A stretch of DNA of 64,000 bases, from contig NW_024704836.1 in the NCBI RefSeq assembly GCF_018977255.1, forward strand, positions 1 to 64,000, read 5' to 3'. Shown here piece after piece: positions 61,965 through 64,000 of the stretch. The position numbers and the translations under genes were made by a program. Below the pieces are notes generated by a model. That model worked only from the letters and a program-made list of their open reading frames with translations, was not told the origin of the DNA and ran no database searches. The stretch's first letter is position 1. Each line of letters begins with the position of its first letter. The DNA comes from Callorhinchus milii. Taxonomy: Eukaryota.

Positions 61965-62525
61965 CCCTTCTCTCGCAGCGCAGTAATACACCCCCTCCTG
62001 GGTTGGGTTGATGTTGGTGATCTCCAGGGTGGAGTTCATGTTGTCCGGTGTCTTGGTAATGTTGTAGCCGGATTTAAACTTGTCCTCATATTCGGTTGAG
62101 TATCGGTTATATCCGATCAATGTGAGGCCTCCCTGATGGGGTTGGATGTACCAGAGCATTGTATTGTCAGTACTGGCAGTATTGTCCTGGTGACAATTCA
62201 AACTCACTGTCTCCCCCTCTCTGGCTGTGACTGTCCGCGGCCTCTGAGTCACAAAAACTCCCAGTGACAGACCTGCAAAGACAATATAACAATGAGATCC
62301 CTCCAACAGGGAATCTGGGCTGAATGTCCTGGGGGGTGTTCAATGGATTACGCACACACCAACAGGGGAATCATCATGGACAGCAATGGAGGCCGGGGCA
62401 GTGGGGAGGGGAGGTTATGAAATCCCTGTGGATTTGAGCGTTTACGGGGATGAGAGAGATGTTGAGAGATACTCACAGGGCCAGAGGATGGAGATCAGAG
62501 AGACAGTGAGAAAGGACAGACTCAT
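61965..62525 (-). CDS. TRBV: V18, intact
   Basis: Leader 62477-62525, V exon 61965-62272 open, 23-RSS. Confidence 0.92.
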
Positions 62526-63144
62526 TGTTGGCAGAAACTTGGATTAACATTGGAAACCTCACACCTCAGTTCTCTCTTCCTCCCTCTTTATCCTCACACG
62601 CGGTCACACACTGTATCTCACACTCTTTTTATGTCTCACATCGACTCTCTCTCTCTCTCTGACTTTTTTTTGTGGACTGACGCTCTGACGGATTGAAGGC
62701 ACCAATGACACCAAAGTATTCAAAAGATATCACAACCCCCAACTCCCCCCCCACCCCCACACCCCCCACCCTGTGGGACAGGAGAGTGAATCAGTGACGC
62801 TGCAGCCTCCCCTCGGGCATAGACTTGTAACTACAGAGTGCAAAATTGTTCCCAGGTTTAGATATGGAGATACACAGAAGATACGGTGGAGGAAGTTGGC
62901 TCAATGGAGGCAGGAAGATGGTTAGTATTGTGTGTTTGTGTGTGTTCAACATGAGGCAGTTACTTGTGTGTTTGTGTGCGTGTGTTGGGGGTTGGGATGA
63001 GACAGAAACGAATCAGGGAAAGTTAAGCACTCGTGTTGGTGACTATGGAAGAGAAGTGTGAATGATAATTATCTGTGGAAGGCGATAGGCAGTGAGGAGC
63101 TTAATTCAATGTGATGTTGTAGATGCGGTCGGGGACCGTCTTAC

Positions 63145-63470
63145 AATATTAATAACAATAATAATCCTTGCATTTGATAAAGTGTTTTTCACGTCTTCCA
63201 GACATCTCAAAGCGCTTCACAGAAGAGACTATCAAATGAATTGACCGTATATTTGTGGGTGGAATGTGGCAGCCAATTGCGCACAGCAGCGTCCCACAAA
63301 CAAACAGTCGCGGATTGAAACGACTAATTTATCATTGTTGTTTTATTTTCAGGGATTATTATCAGGTTTGTGGAGTAGGGAAACTTGCCCGAGGTTTCAC
63401 ATCGCTGGGAATCGAACCCAGGTCTCTCGCTCGCAAAGCGAGTGCTCTAACCACTGAGCTCCAGGACTCC
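63145..63470 (-). mobile_element. tRNA-derived SINE inserted in a V spacer
   Basis: Absent from the paralogous spacers at 47.8-48.7 kb and 56.9-57.9 kb; tRNA-like head at about 63400-63470. Confidence 0.85.
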
Positions 63471-63951
63471 ACATCCTTTATTGTCCGTGTCTCAGAAGGT
63501 GTGAGAGACAGACCCACCCCATGTTTGCCGGCCATGAAGACCCATGAAGGCGCTGAGTAAACCCCAGTCCTTGTTGGCTTTGAGTTGGAGAGTCAGTGAG
63601 TTTGGGAGTCAGTGTGTGTGAGTGTGAGAGTGTCAGTGAGGCAGTGAGTGTGTGAGTGAGTCGGTGGGTGTGTGTGTTCCCTGCACTGACTGCTTTAATC
63701 GGGGACAGAGACAGAGACACAGAGGGAACAGTGTGGAGAGTGGGCGACATGGAGCCGTGGCTACTCCGGCCCTGAACCTCGATTTCTCTCTGTCTCTCAA
63801 TCGTCTGTGTTGATGGGTTTTATTTCTGCAGAGACTGAGGGCAGGTGTTGGCGGGGGAGGGGCTGGTGTGTGTGTGTGTGTATAGAATCGAGTGGTTGTG
63901 TATCCTGTGTGAGGTTTATGTACGAGAGATCTGTCTCTCTCTCACGCTGTG

Positions 63952-64000
63952 CCCTTCTCTCGCAGCGCAGTAATACACCCCCTCCTGGGTTGGGTTCATG
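63952..64000 (-). CDS. TRBV: V19, 3' end only (window edge)
   Basis: MNPTQEGVYYCAAREG followed by CACAGCG-23-ACATAAACC (63913-63951). Confidence 0.85.

Noticed and set aside
17340-63470. tRNA genes at the tRNA-like heads (17342, 17851, 30651, 45190, 6815, 63400)
   Set aside because: Acceptor stems are imperfect and each head continues into the same SINE body and L2-like tail.
36395-64000. V array as IgH, TCR alpha/delta or NAR-TCR because the V genes end in CAAR(E/D)G
   Set aside because: V-23/12-D-23/12-J geometry, a single GGGACA-type D and a C region ending KLTYLILLCKS..KRFD all indicate TCR beta.
45800-64000. Regular repeat-spacer pattern as a CRISPR-like array
   Set aside because: The units are 1.1-1.9 kb gene cassettes in a vertebrate genome, with no cas genes.

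Overview
Eukaryotic, repeat-rich vertebrate DNA, most likely from a cartilaginous fish (CR1/L2 LINEs, tRNA- and Deu-type SINEs, shark-like TCR beta C-terminus KRFD). The window holds the 3' end of a T-cell receptor beta (TRB) locus, read on the minus strand. It contains 18 complete and 1 truncated single-family V cassettes (36.4-64 kb; my numbering V1-V19 from D; three are pseudogenes), one D (12/23 RSS), four J segments (two canonical, one FADG, one heptamer-less) and one C gene whose Ig domain is split over two exons. Downstream of C lie a candidate E-beta enhancer and a solitary inverted V on the plus strand. Next to that V is an ADP-ribosylarginine hydrolase gene (ADPRH/ARH1, minus strand) whose predicted first exon lies head-to-head with the inverted V leader, inside a block that recurs upstream of most array V genes. 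An orphan CpG-island TATA promoter sits at 5.3-5.7 kb. All coordinates were read by eye and no database searches were run.
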